Notes under the pieces: model-generated
Databases searched by the model: none
What the model saw: only the letters and a program-made list of their open reading frames with translations
Told to the model about the DNA's origin: nothing
Source of the DNA: Octopus sinensis
Lineage: Eukaryota
Assembly: GCF_006345805.1 (NCBI RefSeq)
Contig: NC_043001.1
Span: forward strand, 14,570,001 to 14,634,000
Length of the DNA: 64,000 nucleotides
Direction: 5' to 3'
Translations under genes and position numbers: made by a program
Shown here: positions 50,301 through 62,818 of the stretch, in pieces
How the letters are laid out: each line of letters opens with the position of its first letter
Position numbering within the stretch: position 1 is the stretch's first letter

Positions 50301-51084
50301 TTGGCATAAATTTTGTTTTTTACTCCAGCAACATTAATTCCCTACAAAATTCTGTAAATCTTACCCAAGATCTTGCATAAAATCCTTAACATGTCACAGA
50401 TTATTATTTTTTTATTTTTCTAAATATTTTTAGTTCAACCAGTTGTTACCAGGTTGAGATAACCATTCGCAGTTATCTTTAAAAGCCCAACTATTTTCTA
50501 TTTTTGCCATATTATACACCAGATAAACACACTGAGGAGAGAAAACTTGGAGTCATACAGAGCAGAAACCAAGAATTCTTATCAAAGCTGCTGAGATCTG
50601 CCTAACAGCTTCTTCATATCAAATTGTCTCCACTTCCATGATCTTTAACCAGAACACACACACACACACATTTAGTACTACTAGCTGTGTATATTAAGTA
50701 TATTCAGACTATCATACGGTGTAAAAAAAATCAGTGTGTAACTGAAAAATCAACACCATCGCAAGGAGGATGTTGGAGAAAGGGAACATATCAAAGCGAA
50801 GTATTCTGACAATGATAACATATTCAGAGTTCAGTATTTATATGGAGAATGTCAAGCCAGGTTTCGTAACTTGAAGCCGATTACACAGAATTGCTAGATA
50901 TCAGATTGGGGAGGTAGGGGGGAACAAAACACATAAACAAGGAATTGACTGAAAAATGGAGACCTATAGAAAATGTTAGAAACAGCAGTTAAATTTCCTT
51001 TAAACTAGACAGTCGTTGTTTGAATCCTCACTTTTCCAGGCTTGCATTGATCGTCCAAAATTCATTGAGGCAAATATTCTTATT

Positions 51085-51480
51085 TCTTTATTGCCCACAA
51101 GGGGCTAAACATAGAGGGGACAAACAAGGGCAGACAAAGGGATTAAGGCGATTACATCGACCCCAGTGCGTGACTGAAAGGATGAAAGGCAAAGTTGACC
51201 TCGGTGGAATTGGAACTCAGAACATAAAGACAGTCGAAATACCTATTTCTTTACTACCCACAAGGGGCTACTACCCACAGAGAGGACAAACAAGGACAGG
51301 CAAACGGATTAAGTCGATTATATCGACCCCAGTGCGTAACTTGTACTTAATTATATTGACCCCGAAAGGATGAAAGGCAAAGTCGACCTCGGCAGAATTT
51401 GAACTCAGAACGTAACGGCAGACGAAATACCGCTAAGCATTTCGCCCGACATGCTAACGTTTCTGCCAGCTCACCGCCTT
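51085..51480 (-). mobile_element. SINE family B dimer
   Basis: Homology to 14783-15212. Confidence 0.8.
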
Positions 51481-52648
51481 CATTTTTTAGTTTCTATCTA
51501 CGAAATTCACTAGCGAGGTTGGATTCACAACCATAAGGTTGTGGTTTCAATCCCTGTACCGGATGATGCATTGTAATCTTGAACAAAACACTTCATTTCA
51601 CGTTGTCCCAGTCCACTCAGCTTCAGAAATGAGTTTAGTGTGGAGAGAGATGGTCCTCTGCCAGGCGCTCACCTGAGATACGCTGCATGGCTAGCTGCAG
51701 CGCCCCAACGACCCCCAAGGGGTTAAGGGACTTGTTTTCCAGCAAGTCAGGAAACTACACCAAGCTCTGTTTGTCTGTCTGTCATAGCATTGTTTCTATA
51801 GCTGGATGCCCTTCCGAACCAAATGGCAGTTGCTAAAAAGCATTCGTGAAGTAAAATCATGTAGCAACACCAAATGGCGGTGCCCCAGCATGGCCACAGC
51901 TTGTGAGCTGAAACTAGATAAAATAAAATAAAATAAAATAAAATAAAAATAAAAATAAAATATAGTGTTCTGGGTGCTTTGGGGAGGTTTTAATTTAAAG
52001 CACTTTAACCCTTTAGCCAACACACGGAACCTTAGTGAATATCTTTCCTCTCTTTCATATTGTAGATCCTACAGGCTAGTGTGGGTTGCATGACTTGCTA
52101 GAAATAGTAGTCAAATCTCTCAAATTAAAGAAAGGACACATTAGATACACTAATCCCAGATACACGATGCATGATCAAGTAGTTAGTAGGATTATATCTA
52201 AACTGTTTTTTTTATGAAAGACCTGCTGAATCAAGCCGTGCCTTGAGCTGCACAACAACAATAATCTAAATCAGAGACAATTCATTATTTTTCTCAGCAC
52301 ATACGTAATCCAAACCCACCACCCCTATTTTTAAACAGGTCCCCAACTACAGCCCTTTCATTTCTTCAATACTAATTAGGTCAAGCCTGGTATGTCACGA
52401 GGATAATATCTGTAACAAATGTTTCATAATGTCTGACAATGTAGTGTGTGGGTGTGAGCATTTGTGTTTCCTTAGTGAAATTCGTGTTGTTTGCTCCGGG
52501 GTGGTGAGGATAATGGTAGCAGCTGCTGTTTAGCCTCGGGTTAGCCATGATCAAGTAGACTTACGATTAAAACCTGCCCATTCAGAGCTACACTGCACTA
52601 CTGAATATAGCTGTAGCCAACCCTGTTAGTAAAAGGCAAATATAAACA

Positions 52649-53102
52649 TCTTTATATATAAAAGTGAGGTTGTGTGTCTGTCTGTCTCCTACGATTTAGA
52701 TTCCTAACTACTCCCACATTTTGCGGTGCAGTTTAACCAAAAGTGACGGGGACGTAAACACACCAGCATCGGTTGTCAAGCAATGCTAGGGGGACAAACA
52801 CAGACACACAAACATACACGCACACACACATATAAATATACATATATACGACGGGCTTCTTTCAGTTTCCGTCTACCAAATCCACTCACAAGGCTTTGGT
52901 CGGCCCGAGATTATAGTAGAAGACACTTGCTCAAGATGCCACGCAGTGGGACTGAACCCGGAACCATGCGGTTCATAAGCAAGCTACTTACCACACAGCC
53001 ACTCCTTCGCCTATCGGCATAAATTTTGCTTTTTACCGAGTTCACTTATAGTTGTGATTCATATCGAGCCCTTCTGGGTATTAGCGCGCGTCTACGATGA
53101 GT
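52649..53102 (+). mobile_element. Disrupted H2 Helitron 5' part (52649-52744 and 53036-53102) interrupted by SINE sequence
   Basis: Both pieces match the reverse complement of 29165-29318. Confidence 0.7.
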
Positions 53103-53702
53103 GGCACGTAAAAAGCACCCACTACACTACCAGATCAGACTGGAGCCTGGTGCAGCCTCCTGGCTTCCCAGACTCTGGTCGAACCGTCCAACCCATACTA
53201 GCATGGAATACGGACATTAAATGATGATGATGTATGTATGTATGCTAGTGTGTGTGTGTACATACACACTAACATATATACATACATACCTGCACACACT
53301 CAGCCTTTTCTTTTTTTCATACAACAAAATGTAAATAGGTGATTATGTTCCGTATAGTTTGTGATGCGGTGTTTGTAGGCCTACACAGGTGTGCTTCATT
53401 TAGTAACTGCCCATTACTGAACAGCCAATTGACCAGACCACCACATGCAGGTGACATATCAGGTGACAGTGATTTCATCACCCTCACGACTCAACCAGTA
53501 TTCACTTTGTTAATTCAGAGGAATGAAAAATGTAGTTGACTTCAATGGGATTTTAACTCAGAAACAAAGTGCTAAATACCACAAGGTATTCTCTGACCAG
53601 AATTAAAAAAAAAATTTTTTTAAACAATCCATTTATCTTTGTACAATTAAAAAAAGAGTGAGTTTTAAACAATACACTTAAATAATAAATACTATGAGTT
53701 AT

Positions 53703-53817
53703 ATTTGCCATCTCAATATGGCTAACCACTAAGGGTGGGTGTTACTGTAGCTTGTAGTCCTAGGAGAACATCTCCTCCAGCTGGCTGTAGGCACACCTTC
53801 TGTGCCCTATCGGTATT
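53703..53817 (-). mobile_element. 5'-truncated second copy of the 40.7-kb hammerhead element
   Basis: Reverse complement matches about 40960-41078, ending at nearly the same 3' position; lacks the ribozyme part. Confidence 0.7.
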
Positions 53818-54050
53818 CTCCAGTAATAACACAGCCATGTGCCCCTCACGGTACAAGCCGAAGAGTAAAAGGTGTATAAACCATCATTCAAATACACCAT
53901 CATTTTCAAAATCAAATTAATGTTCTGAACAAAAGAAAGTTTTACACAAGGTATATTTTTACGAGATACATCAGTAAAGTCCTTCAAAGGTTATTTCAAA
54001 AATTGCTCTTGGTTTAAAGAAATTGCAAACTTTTTCAATGCATTTTATAT

Positions 54051-54565
54051 CACGTGATCATGTGACCGACCAGACCATCAGATGTTGTTACATATCGCTG
54101 GTCACAATGCGTTCGCATTGTTTTAGCCTTCGAATGACGCCACCCCGCTGGCTAAGCGAGCAAGCCGACAGAAGATGGATGATGGAAGCACTCCGTCAGT
54201 TACGACGATGAGGGTTCCGGTTGATCCGAATCAACGGAACATCCTGCTCGTGAAATTAACGTGTAAGTGGCTGAGCACTCCACAGACACGTGCACCCTTA
54301 ACGTAGTTCTCAGGGATATTCAGCGTGACACAGAGAGTGACAAGGCCGGCCCCTTGAAATACAGGTACAACAGAAAAAGGAAGTAAGAGTGAGAGAAAGT
54401 TGTGGTGAAAGAGTACACCAGGGATCACCATCCCCTGCCGGAGCCTCGTGGAGCTTTTAGGTGTTTTCGCTCAATAAACACTCACAACGCCCGGTCTGGG
54501 AATCGAAATCGCGATCCTGCAACCGCGAGTCCGCTGCCCTAACCACTAGGCCATTGCGCCTCCAC
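54051..54565 (-). mobile_element. SINE family C, tail variant 2 with 120-bp 3' extension
   Basis: 11-bp TSD GCATTTTATAT (54040-54050, 54566-54576) encloses SINE plus extension. Confidence 0.85.
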
Positions 54566-54854
54566 GCATTTTATATAGCAATTATAATAAACCTCACTAA
54601 ACATTTCTTTTTCCATACATTATAATATGAAAAAGAATCAGTAAATAATATTTATACAGAGAATATTTTAAGTATTTCTTTGTTCATAACAAGTGGTTTG
54701 TTTGTATTATACATGAATAAATTATGTTAGGTCATAAAACAGTAAGAAGTTAAGGTAAAGATTCCACACACGCTCATTAAATAAAGAAAAATAAAATAAA
54801 CAATTAAATAATTAACCATAACCGACATTTTTTTAACAGTTCTGCCAGTCTTAT

Positions 54855-54925
54855 AATAATAATAATAATAATTAAAATAATAATAATAATAATAATAATA
54901 TAATAATAATAATAATAATAATAGA
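54855..54925. repeat. (TAA)n microsatellite
   Basis: Seen directly. Confidence 0.95.
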
Positions 54926-55103
54926 AGCAACCAGTTGAAAACATTTGTGTGTTTAACCATTTTGTTACCATTTTTCTGTTGAAATGCATTAAGTTTTGGA
55001 TTGCTTAATTTTGAAAATAATGAAAAAAACTAGCAAATTATCTTAATCATTATTAAGCTGGTGTCTGAAACATAAATTAACATGAAAACATAAAACAGAA
55101 GGT

Positions 55104-56283
55104 TTAACCTTTTAGCATTTAATCCAGTGATATCCAACCCAAATGGTCTACTCCAATTATGTTAAAATTGACCCGATCCAATCTCTCACACCTACCCTAC
55201 AATGTCATCCAATAAATACACAAACACACCATTGAATATCCTGAAGCTATAAGATAATGTATGATTAATTCCAAATAACGAAGAAATTTGAATGCTCTAA
55301 CCCTTTATCATTAAACCAGCCATAGCCAGCAAAAATAATCTACCAGTTTTATCTTCAAACTGGCCCTATCTGGCCTCTCACACTTACTCTACATTATTCT
55401 GAAAATAAGCGACCACATCACTGAAATCTCAAAGCTACAAAAGTAAGGCAAAACTAATTCAAATCCAACGTGAATAATCAAACATCACATTTGACAGGAA
55501 TTTAACCCTTTCGTTACTGTATTTACTTTGAGATGCTCTGTGTTTCTTTCAATTAATTTAAATCATCATCATCATCGTTTAGCGTCCGCTTTCCATGCTA
55601 GCATGGGTTGGACGGCTCAACTGGGGTCTGGGAAGCCAGAAGGCTGCACCAGGCCCAGTCTGATCTGCCAAAATGTTTCTACGGCTGGATGCCCTTCCTC
55701 ACGCCAACCACTCCATGAGTGTAGTAGGTGCTTTTTACATGTCTCCAGCACAGGTGCCAGACAAGGCTGGCAAACGGCCACGATCGGATGGTGCTTTTTA
55801 TGTGCCACCGGCACGGGGGCCAGGCGGGGCTGGCAACGGCCACGAACGGATGGTGCTTTTTACGTGCCAACAAAGAATTAAGTAAAATAACTTAGTCATC
55901 GTTAAGCTAAAAATTATGACATAAATTGTGACTAAGGTTTGGTGGAAGATTTTAATTCAGAACTTTTGAAAACAAGACATTTGTACTACAGAGCCAGAGC
56001 CGGTTTCAGCTGGGTTGGTAACAAAAGGGTTCAGAATTATTTCTCTGTTATATATTTTAACCCTTTTGTTACCATATTTCTGTTGAGATGCTCTGTGTTT
56101 CTTTCTATTAATTTTAAATATAACAAGGAATTTAGTAAAATAATTTAATTATTCAGCTAATGTTAGGAACATAAATTGTGACTAAGATTTGGTGGAAGAT
56201 TTGAATCCAAAACTTATGAAAACAAGACATTTGTACAAAAGAGCCAGAGCCGCTTTCAGCCGGGTTGGTAACAAAAGGGTTAA
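55104..56283. mobile_element. Chain of P2-P2-P1-P1 TTAA MITEs just inside the intron
   Basis: Repeated (t)taaccctt...aagggtt(a) termini, one split by an RTE tail. Confidence 0.7.
55562..55870 (-). mobile_element. RTE 3' tail fragment inside a TTAA MITE
   Basis: Splits the MITE that starts near 55502 and resumes near 55871. Confidence 0.75.
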
Positions 56284-56381
56284 ATGCTAAAAGTTAAAGC
56301 AGGAAAATTTGTACCACATAAGGGTTGGTTGGTATGAAAAGAGTTAAATTCAATTTAGAGTAGATATAAAGGACAACTTAC

Positions 56382-56652
56382 CTGGGAGTTCTTTCTCCAG
56401 AGCAAAGTCATTGCTCAAAAACCATTGGCAATTGTCCGAGAGTGAAGACGATTCTCTGCAGTAAAGCCATAATCCACAATCACAACTTTGGAACACTGTG
56501 GTGCAAGGACATACAGTTTCCTTTGGAGAAAGTATATTTGAATCACTGAAAGTTGGATAAAGAACCCAACTAGGTGTGGTGAAAGAAACTATTATTGTCA
56601 CAGTGGTTATCAGGACACAGAGAATTACGGTGACAAGAAGACAAGAAGCCAT
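56382..56652 (-). CDS. First coding exon of a claudin-superfamily (PMP22/EMP/MP20/claudin-like) tetraspan protein: TM1 plus extracellular loop 1
   Basis: MASCLLVTVILCVLITTVTIIVSFTTPSW...CDCGLWLYCRESSSLSDNCQWF...ELP. Hydrophobic TM1, conserved W, and a match to the claudin signature [GN]-L-W-x2-C-x(7,9)-[STDENQH]-C. Start context ccaacaATGG. Ends at a phase-1 donor CAG|GTAAGT (56382/56381); the ORF-track tail past 56382 is intron. Confidence 0.82.
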
Positions 56653-56817
56653 TGTTGGAACCCAAATGTAATTGCTCCTTCTTTTAAATGTTGGTCACTT
56701 GAGTATAGTTGGCAAAATCCCAAAGAATCAAAGTTGCTTTCTTTGCACAAGTGTATCTATCCAATTTTCTAAGATCAGTAACTGAAGTTTCTGTCTTTTG
56801 AAAACAGCAAACAATAC
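56653..56817 (-). other. 5' UTR part of the same exon, with 3' splice site at 56818
   Basis: Minus strand reads ttttttttcatctgcag|GTATTG. No ATG between the acceptor and the start codon. Implies an upstream non-coding exon that I could not place. Confidence 0.6.
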
Positions 56818-56859
56818 CTGCAGATGAAAAAAAAACAGTTGAGATGTAAGAAAAATGAA

Positions 56860-56861
<2 letters not shown>

Positions 56862-56905
<44 letters not shown>

Positions 56906-56918
56906 GTGTGTGTGTGTG

Positions 56919-56962
<44 letters not shown>
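56862..56962. repeat. (TG)n/(CA)n tract about 45 nt upstream of the exon acceptor
   Basis: Seen directly. Confidence 0.95.
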
Positions 56963-56964
<2 letters not shown>

Positions 56965-57109
56965 ACGTGTGTTTGCATGGGCATGTGTATACACACATAA
57001 AACTTAATGACACTAAATTCCAGTTTTTGTTTCGAACGGTATATGTGTGTGTGTATATATATATATATATATACATGTGTTTACGCATACATATGCGTGT
57101 GTGTGTGTA

Positions 57110-57468
57110 TCTACTCACAAGGCTTTGGTCGGCTCGAGGCTATAGTAGAAGAAACTTTTAATTTATTTCTTTATTGCCCACTTGGTGCTACACACAGAGG
57201 GGACAAACAAGGACAGACAAACGGATTAAGTCGATTACATCGACCCCAGTGATTAACTGGTACTTTATTTAATCGACCCCGAAAGGATGAAAGGCAAAGT
57301 CGACCTCGGCGGAATTTGAACTCAGAACGTAACGGCAGGCGAAATACCGCTAGGCATTTCGCCCGGCGTGCTAACGTTTCTGCCAGCTCGCCGAAGATGC
57401 CATGCAGTGGGACTGAACTCGGAACCATGTGGTTGGGAAGCAAGCTTTTTATCACACAGCCACGCCTA
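57110..57468 (-). mobile_element. SINE family B monomer (57160-57393) nested in a family-A left arm
   Basis: A-arm sequence on both sides. Confidence 0.78.
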
Positions 57469-57700
57469 TATCTATTTTAAATTAATACCCTACCTAGGCT
57501 GACATAACTACATTACACTAAGTTCTGCTTATTTCAATAAGTTTTATAAAATAATATGGTGTGGCATAAAGGGGATTTAGCTGCTATTTCTAGCAGATCG
57601 AACAACACCGTCTAACGTGGTCTCCTTTAGTATTTCTCAACCTTTTTTTAACCTATGGACCCTCCTAGTAATTTAATTTTATAAAAAATCTTATATTTTT

Positions 57701-57932
57701 CTATTTCTTTACTACCCACAAGGGGCTAAACACAGAGAGGACAAACAAAGACAGACAAACGGATTAAGTCGATTACATCAACCCCAGTGCATAACTGGTA
57801 CTTAATTTACCGAGCCCGAAAGGATGAAAGGCAAAGTCGACCTCGGCGGAATTTGAACTCAGAACGTAACGACAGACGAAATACGGCTACGCATTTCGCC
57901 CTGCGTGCTAACGTTTCTGACAGCTCGCCGCC
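57701..57932 (-). mobile_element. SINE family B monomer
   Basis: Homology to 14783-15030. Confidence 0.82.
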
Positions 57933-58777
57933 TTAACTTTTATAAAAATATCTTAAAATAATGTCAAAAGCATTTACTTATAATATGCCTTTTATACATT
58001 TACACAAATACACACACACACACCTACGCAAGTGTGTGTAGAAGTAGTCAGCCGAAACTTTAAAATGAAAGCTGGGAGGAGAAAGATAGACTAGGAAAAG
58101 TTTGAGAGGGGGGGGGGGAGCCTTGACCTAAAATCAGAGACTTAGGAATGAAATTAATATACATGGAAGGAAGAGTTCTTCGCCGGCATAGGAACCGCAG
58201 CTTGAAGTGGGTCAACTGCTTAGCCAAGATTTTTAGAAAGACTAGATTGTATTGCTTTCATTTTATTTTGCACATTTTATATTATTTATTTAAATTTAAC
58301 CGATTGATTTTTCTGGTACGTTTCATACCAAAAAAATTAGTAAAATGCTAGTTGTTCCAAGTTTGTTTCATAAACTTCTTTATGTGATATAAATATAAAT
58401 TAGAGAGATGGTGCTTTTCCTAATCTCATATAAAAATAAAACCACTTTCTAGTGTTACAGACGAAAAAAAGGGGGAGAGAGATAAGTAGGGCTGGAGAAA
58501 GAATATGATGGGGACACATAAGTAATCTCATGTGTCACTACGACCGCGTTTTATGTACAAGAATGGCATTAAAATTCCCTACTTTAATGCGTTCCAAATG
58601 TTAAAATATTAGACTATGATAAGCTGACATGAGAAAACGAAGTTGAGATTTCGCTTTTCGATATTTCGCCTGAGGGAAAAAAAGGACTTTTAGACTGATT
58701 TCTACTAAGAAAAAAGAAAAGAGAGAGTGGTTAATAATCTGTCAACACGTTATAATTGTAAAAAGAAATGGTTAAGA

Positions 58778-59142
58778 GGCGCAGGAGTGGCTGTGTGGTA
58801 AGTAGCTTGCTTACCAACCCACATGGTTCCCGGTTCTACAAGTGTCTTCTACTATAGCCTCGGGCCGACCAAAGCTTTGTGAGTGGATTCGGTAGACGGA
58901 AACTGAAAGAAACCCGTCGTGTGCGTGTGTGTGTGTATCTGTTTGTGTGTCTGTGTTTGTCACCCAACATCGCTTGACAACCGATGCTGGTGTTGTTTAC
59001 GTCCCCGCAACTTAGCGGTTCGGCAAAAGAGTACCGATAGAGTAAGTACAAGGAATAAGTGTACTGGGGTCGATTTGCTCGACTTAAAAAAACGATGCTC
59101 CAGCATGGCCGCAGTCAAATGACAAACAAATAAAAGACAAAA
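58778..59142 (+). mobile_element. SINE family A variant
   Basis: Homology to 899-1308 with small deletions. Confidence 0.8.
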
Positions 59143-59676
59143 AGAAAGAGAGGGAGAGAGATCTTGACGGAAAAGAATAAAAGGATGAGGGTTACAAGAG
59201 CACTGGTCACCCCCAAACCCCCATAAGCAGCGAAGTCTCAAAGCTCTCTCTACTAACCACCATACTTCAGGTTAAGATTACAGCCGTTGACAGCAGCCAG
59301 AACTATTTCTATTTATCATAGAATAACTGACTTTTTAATGACAATACGTTTAAGCAAGTCAGTTACTCGATCTATTTACATATGAATGTAGTCTACGCCA
59401 GCTGAAAACTTTATTCATTATCTGAAATATTTCACCGCCTGTGTAGCAGCAGTGATGTGTATCGAGGAAGATGGGAGTTTCACTCAGAATATGGCAGAAA
59501 AATGACAAATGTTATCAACAATGGGAGTAATTTAGATAACATTCTCCTCAACAAAAATACACAATGACTGTTCTATGCTTTCTTGTGAATGATTCGAAAC
59601 GAAAATGTAAATATGGAAAGAACTCAATTTGAGTTAAATTTACAGTAACGGAGAAAAGATACAGACAACCATAAAA

Positions 59677-60031
59677 GGCGGCGAGCTGTCAGAAACGTTA
59701 GCAAGCCGGGTGAAATGCGTATCCGTATTTCGTCTGCCGTTACGTTCTGAGTTCAAATTCCGCCGAGGTCGACAAATTAAGTACCAGTTACGCACTGGGG
59801 TCGATATAATCGACTACATCGTTTGTCTGTCCTTGTTTGTCCTCTCTGTGTTTAGCCCCTTGTGGGTAGTAAAGAAATACGCATTTCGTCTGCCGTTACG
59901 TTCTGAGTTCAAATTCCGCCGAGGTCGACTTTGCCTTTCATCCTTTCGGGGTACTTATTTAATCGACTTAATCCGTTTGTCTGTCTTTTTTGTCCTCTCT
60001 GTGTTTAGCCCCTTGTGGGCAATAAAGAAAT
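59677..60031 (+). mobile_element. SINE family B dimer with deletions
   Basis: Homology to 14783-15212. Confidence 0.8.
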
Positions 60032-60134
60032 AGGTTAGTTGCTTTAAATCTTTACCAGTCTTATTGTCAACATGTATACTTATGATCAACATGTTTAAGT
60101 ATACGTATGGCCTGTACCAGACCAACCGCCCCCA

Positions 60135-60300
60135 ATTCAACTATTTCCAAGGCAGAAATACGAGAGGAGACAGCCTGAAATTGGGAAGATCACACTGCAG
60201 GCTCAACATTAGGAGCTGCTTTTTCGTACAGCGTGTGGTCGCAGCTCCATCAGTCAATGCCTTCAAGAACAGGCTTGACGAACACTGGAGGGAGCCTCCT
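60135..60300 (+). mobile_element. CR1/L2-clade LINE C-terminal remnant
   Basis: TRGDSLKLGRSHCRLNIRSCFFVQRVV..AAPSVNAFKNRLDEHW fits the CR1 terminal motif TRGHxxKL..RLxxRxxFF..RVV..FKxRLD; the WNxLP segment is missing. Confidence 0.75.
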
Positions 60301-60767
60301 GCAAAATTTGACCCTCTCTGTTACTATTAGCTACAACTGTCGAAGTGTGCCGTTCAAGAATTTGGACCTGGAGATCTCCATTTCCAGCGACTTCGAGGGC
60401 CATCTTCCAGTGGTGTCGGGCGTCAACGAAGAGCCCTCGACTACAAGACCAAAGGTTCTTTTGTAGTTTTATTTTCCAAGGTCTGGGGTTTCCCGCTCCT
60501 AAGTCCTAGACCATCACCTAATCACCCTTACCTGTCTTATTGCTTAACAACAACAACTGTCGAACTGTTGTACCACACATAATTTAATTGTACTAATGGA
60601 AAAGGACCTGTGAACAAGCTCCTAGGAGCTTCAACACGGAAACCATCCAGTATCCAGTATGGTTAGCCCTTGTTTCATACATTTTGAGGCATTCTTTCGA
60701 TATGAATACCGTTTACATCACGTCTGTTTGTTTACATTTGAAGAAGATCGTCACTTTCCGTAAAGTT

Positions 60768-60815
<48 letters not shown>

Positions 60816-61091
60816 ATAATATATATCACCTTCGAAACACGCTGGAGTTGAACTAGGGACAGCTGATGAAGGGGATTTTTCCTTGTGTAGTTTGTCTAGT
60901 ACTCTGTTTTTTCTTTGTAAAAAAAAGGTTCGTTCCATACTTGTTTTTACGTTTTCGTTCTCGTTGAGTTCTGCGTCTATTTGTGGTGTCCTGTACTCAC
61001 GTATATATATTTATATATGCATGTATATATATACATGTAGATGTAGGTACGTACATATATGTTTGTATGTATGCATATATTTTATTTATTA

Positions 61092-61133
<42 letters not shown>

Positions 61134-61452
61134 GGGGGGTTAGGTTAGGGGTGGGCGGTTTCTTTTTTTCTTCAGAAATGTAAATAAACCCACGTGGGTT
61201 TAGAATTGGCAGTTATGTTACTTGTACCGAAGGATCGCCCAAATAAATTGGTAAAAGTGTATCATACATGAAGCATGGATGCCAGGAGAAAATACCTCCT
61301 ACACAGGACAGGCAAAGTTTCTCCTGCCATCTTTTAACATCGAGTATTACGTTGACTCATCTTGGGGCTTAAACATTCCGTCATTTTACTTGTGTTACCA
61401 CTTTGTATAATGTAATTCCTGAAACTTGTAACATCGCCGTTGTAACTTCACT

Positions 61453-61826
61453 GGATGGAAGCACTCCGTCGGTTACGACGACGAGGTTTCCGGTTGATCC
61501 GAATCAACGGAACAGCCTGCTCGTGAAATTAACGTGTAAGTGGCTGAGCACTCCACAGACACGTGTACCCTTAACGTAGTTCTCGGGGATATTCAGCGTG
61601 ACACAGAGAGTGACAAGGCCGGCCCTTTGAAATACAGGTACAACAGAAAAAGGAAGTAAGAGTGAGAGAAAGTTGTGGGGAAAGAGTACAGCAGGGATCA
61701 CCACCATCCCCTGCCGGAGCTTCGTCGAGCTTTAGGTGATTTCGCTCAATAAACACTCACAATGTCCGGTCTGGGAATCGAAACCGCGAGTCCGCTGCCC
61801 TAACCACTGGGCCATTGCGCCTCCAC
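61453..61826 (-). mobile_element. SINE family C, tail variant 2 without extension
   Basis: 11-bp TSD GTAACTTCACT (61442-61452, 61827-61837). Confidence 0.88.
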
Positions 61827-62411
61827 GTAACTTCACTAATGTTGCTGTCCTGTAAGATCATTGTACTTTTTCCCCATGGAAGTAACTTTTGGTAGAGCTC
61901 CATTTCTCTACAATTCTATTTCTACATTCCAAGATGGCTCTAACTTTTAATGCTTCGACTTGTACTTTCCTGCTATTTTCTTTTTCGCTGATTTAAATCC
62001 TTTTTCCTTCTTGAATCGCCGTTTATTTATTTATTTATATGTTCTCTCGTTTTCTATCAATGTGTTTACACAGTTCTGCTGCTTCTATTTTATTTCCAGC
62101 AGAGTTTATTTTAAAGGCGTCAAACAAGAAAATTCTGTTTTCCTTGGGCTGTGTGCAGTCTGCTTTAGAATAAAGGTTTCGAAAACTGCACCGACAATAA
62201 TACTGCGGCATCAAAAGTATGAGAGATTTGGCACAGCCATTTTGGAACCTCTGATTTATTTGACAGGAAACGATATTATCTTTCTCTCATTCTCTCACCC
62301 TGTTTAAGAGTAAAAATATGATCTCTGCGTATGACGAGAGGAAGTCTTTATATCAATCATATTCAATTAATAAATTGTGATCTCGTTATTCCTCTGTCTC
62401 TCTCTCTCTCT

Positions 62412-62818
62412 CATATATATATATTATATATATATATATAAAGCTGATGTTGTCTGTGTATGGCAGGTTGGTAGCCTTCAACTAACACTATCTCCTCCAA
62501 AGATCCTGCGGCGCAAGTTGGCCAAAATTGAGACTATGATAGAAAAAGGCTTGCTCTTCCTTCCGTAGAAGAAAAAATTCAAATCGGACCATGTTAACAC
62601 CAAAATTTATTTACATCAAAAAGGTGCTTTATTTTTATGAAAATACCTATCTTTTACGATTTTTTTATTGCTATGTCGCCATTTTGGGGTTTATTTCAAC
62701 CAGAAAAATGTTCACTTAAAGAGAATAACAAGCTACATAATGCAAAACTTTTACTTTTCAAAAATTCCAATTCTAAAGGGTCGAAACAAACTCGAGCAAC
62801 GCCGGGCGATACTGCTAG
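62412..62818 (+). mobile_element. Non-autonomous Helitron, subfamily H1
   Basis: ...tatataaagctgatg...ctcgagcaacgccgggcgatactgCTAG|T. Confidence 0.78.

Larger units (their letters stand above)
1..56381 (-). other. Probable very long intron of the claudin-like gene (exon for TM2 onward not found in window)
   Basis: Donor at 56381; by-eye scan found no phase-1 exon continuing the protein. A small missed exon cannot be excluded. Confidence 0.5.

Noticed and set aside
59321-59368. 13-bp stem hairpin as a pre-miRNA
   Set aside because: Pairing does not extend far enough for a miRNA precursor.
60826-60890. Possible hammerhead (GAAAC...CTGATGA-AGGGG...CCTT)
   Set aside because: No GAAA after stem II, and no type II stem I/III could be formed. 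Probably a Penelope-like remnant, but not supportable as a ribozyme.
62102-62217. Plus-strand exon candidate inside ORF 61960-62307
   Set aside because: No recognisable protein motif and no supporting partner exon.
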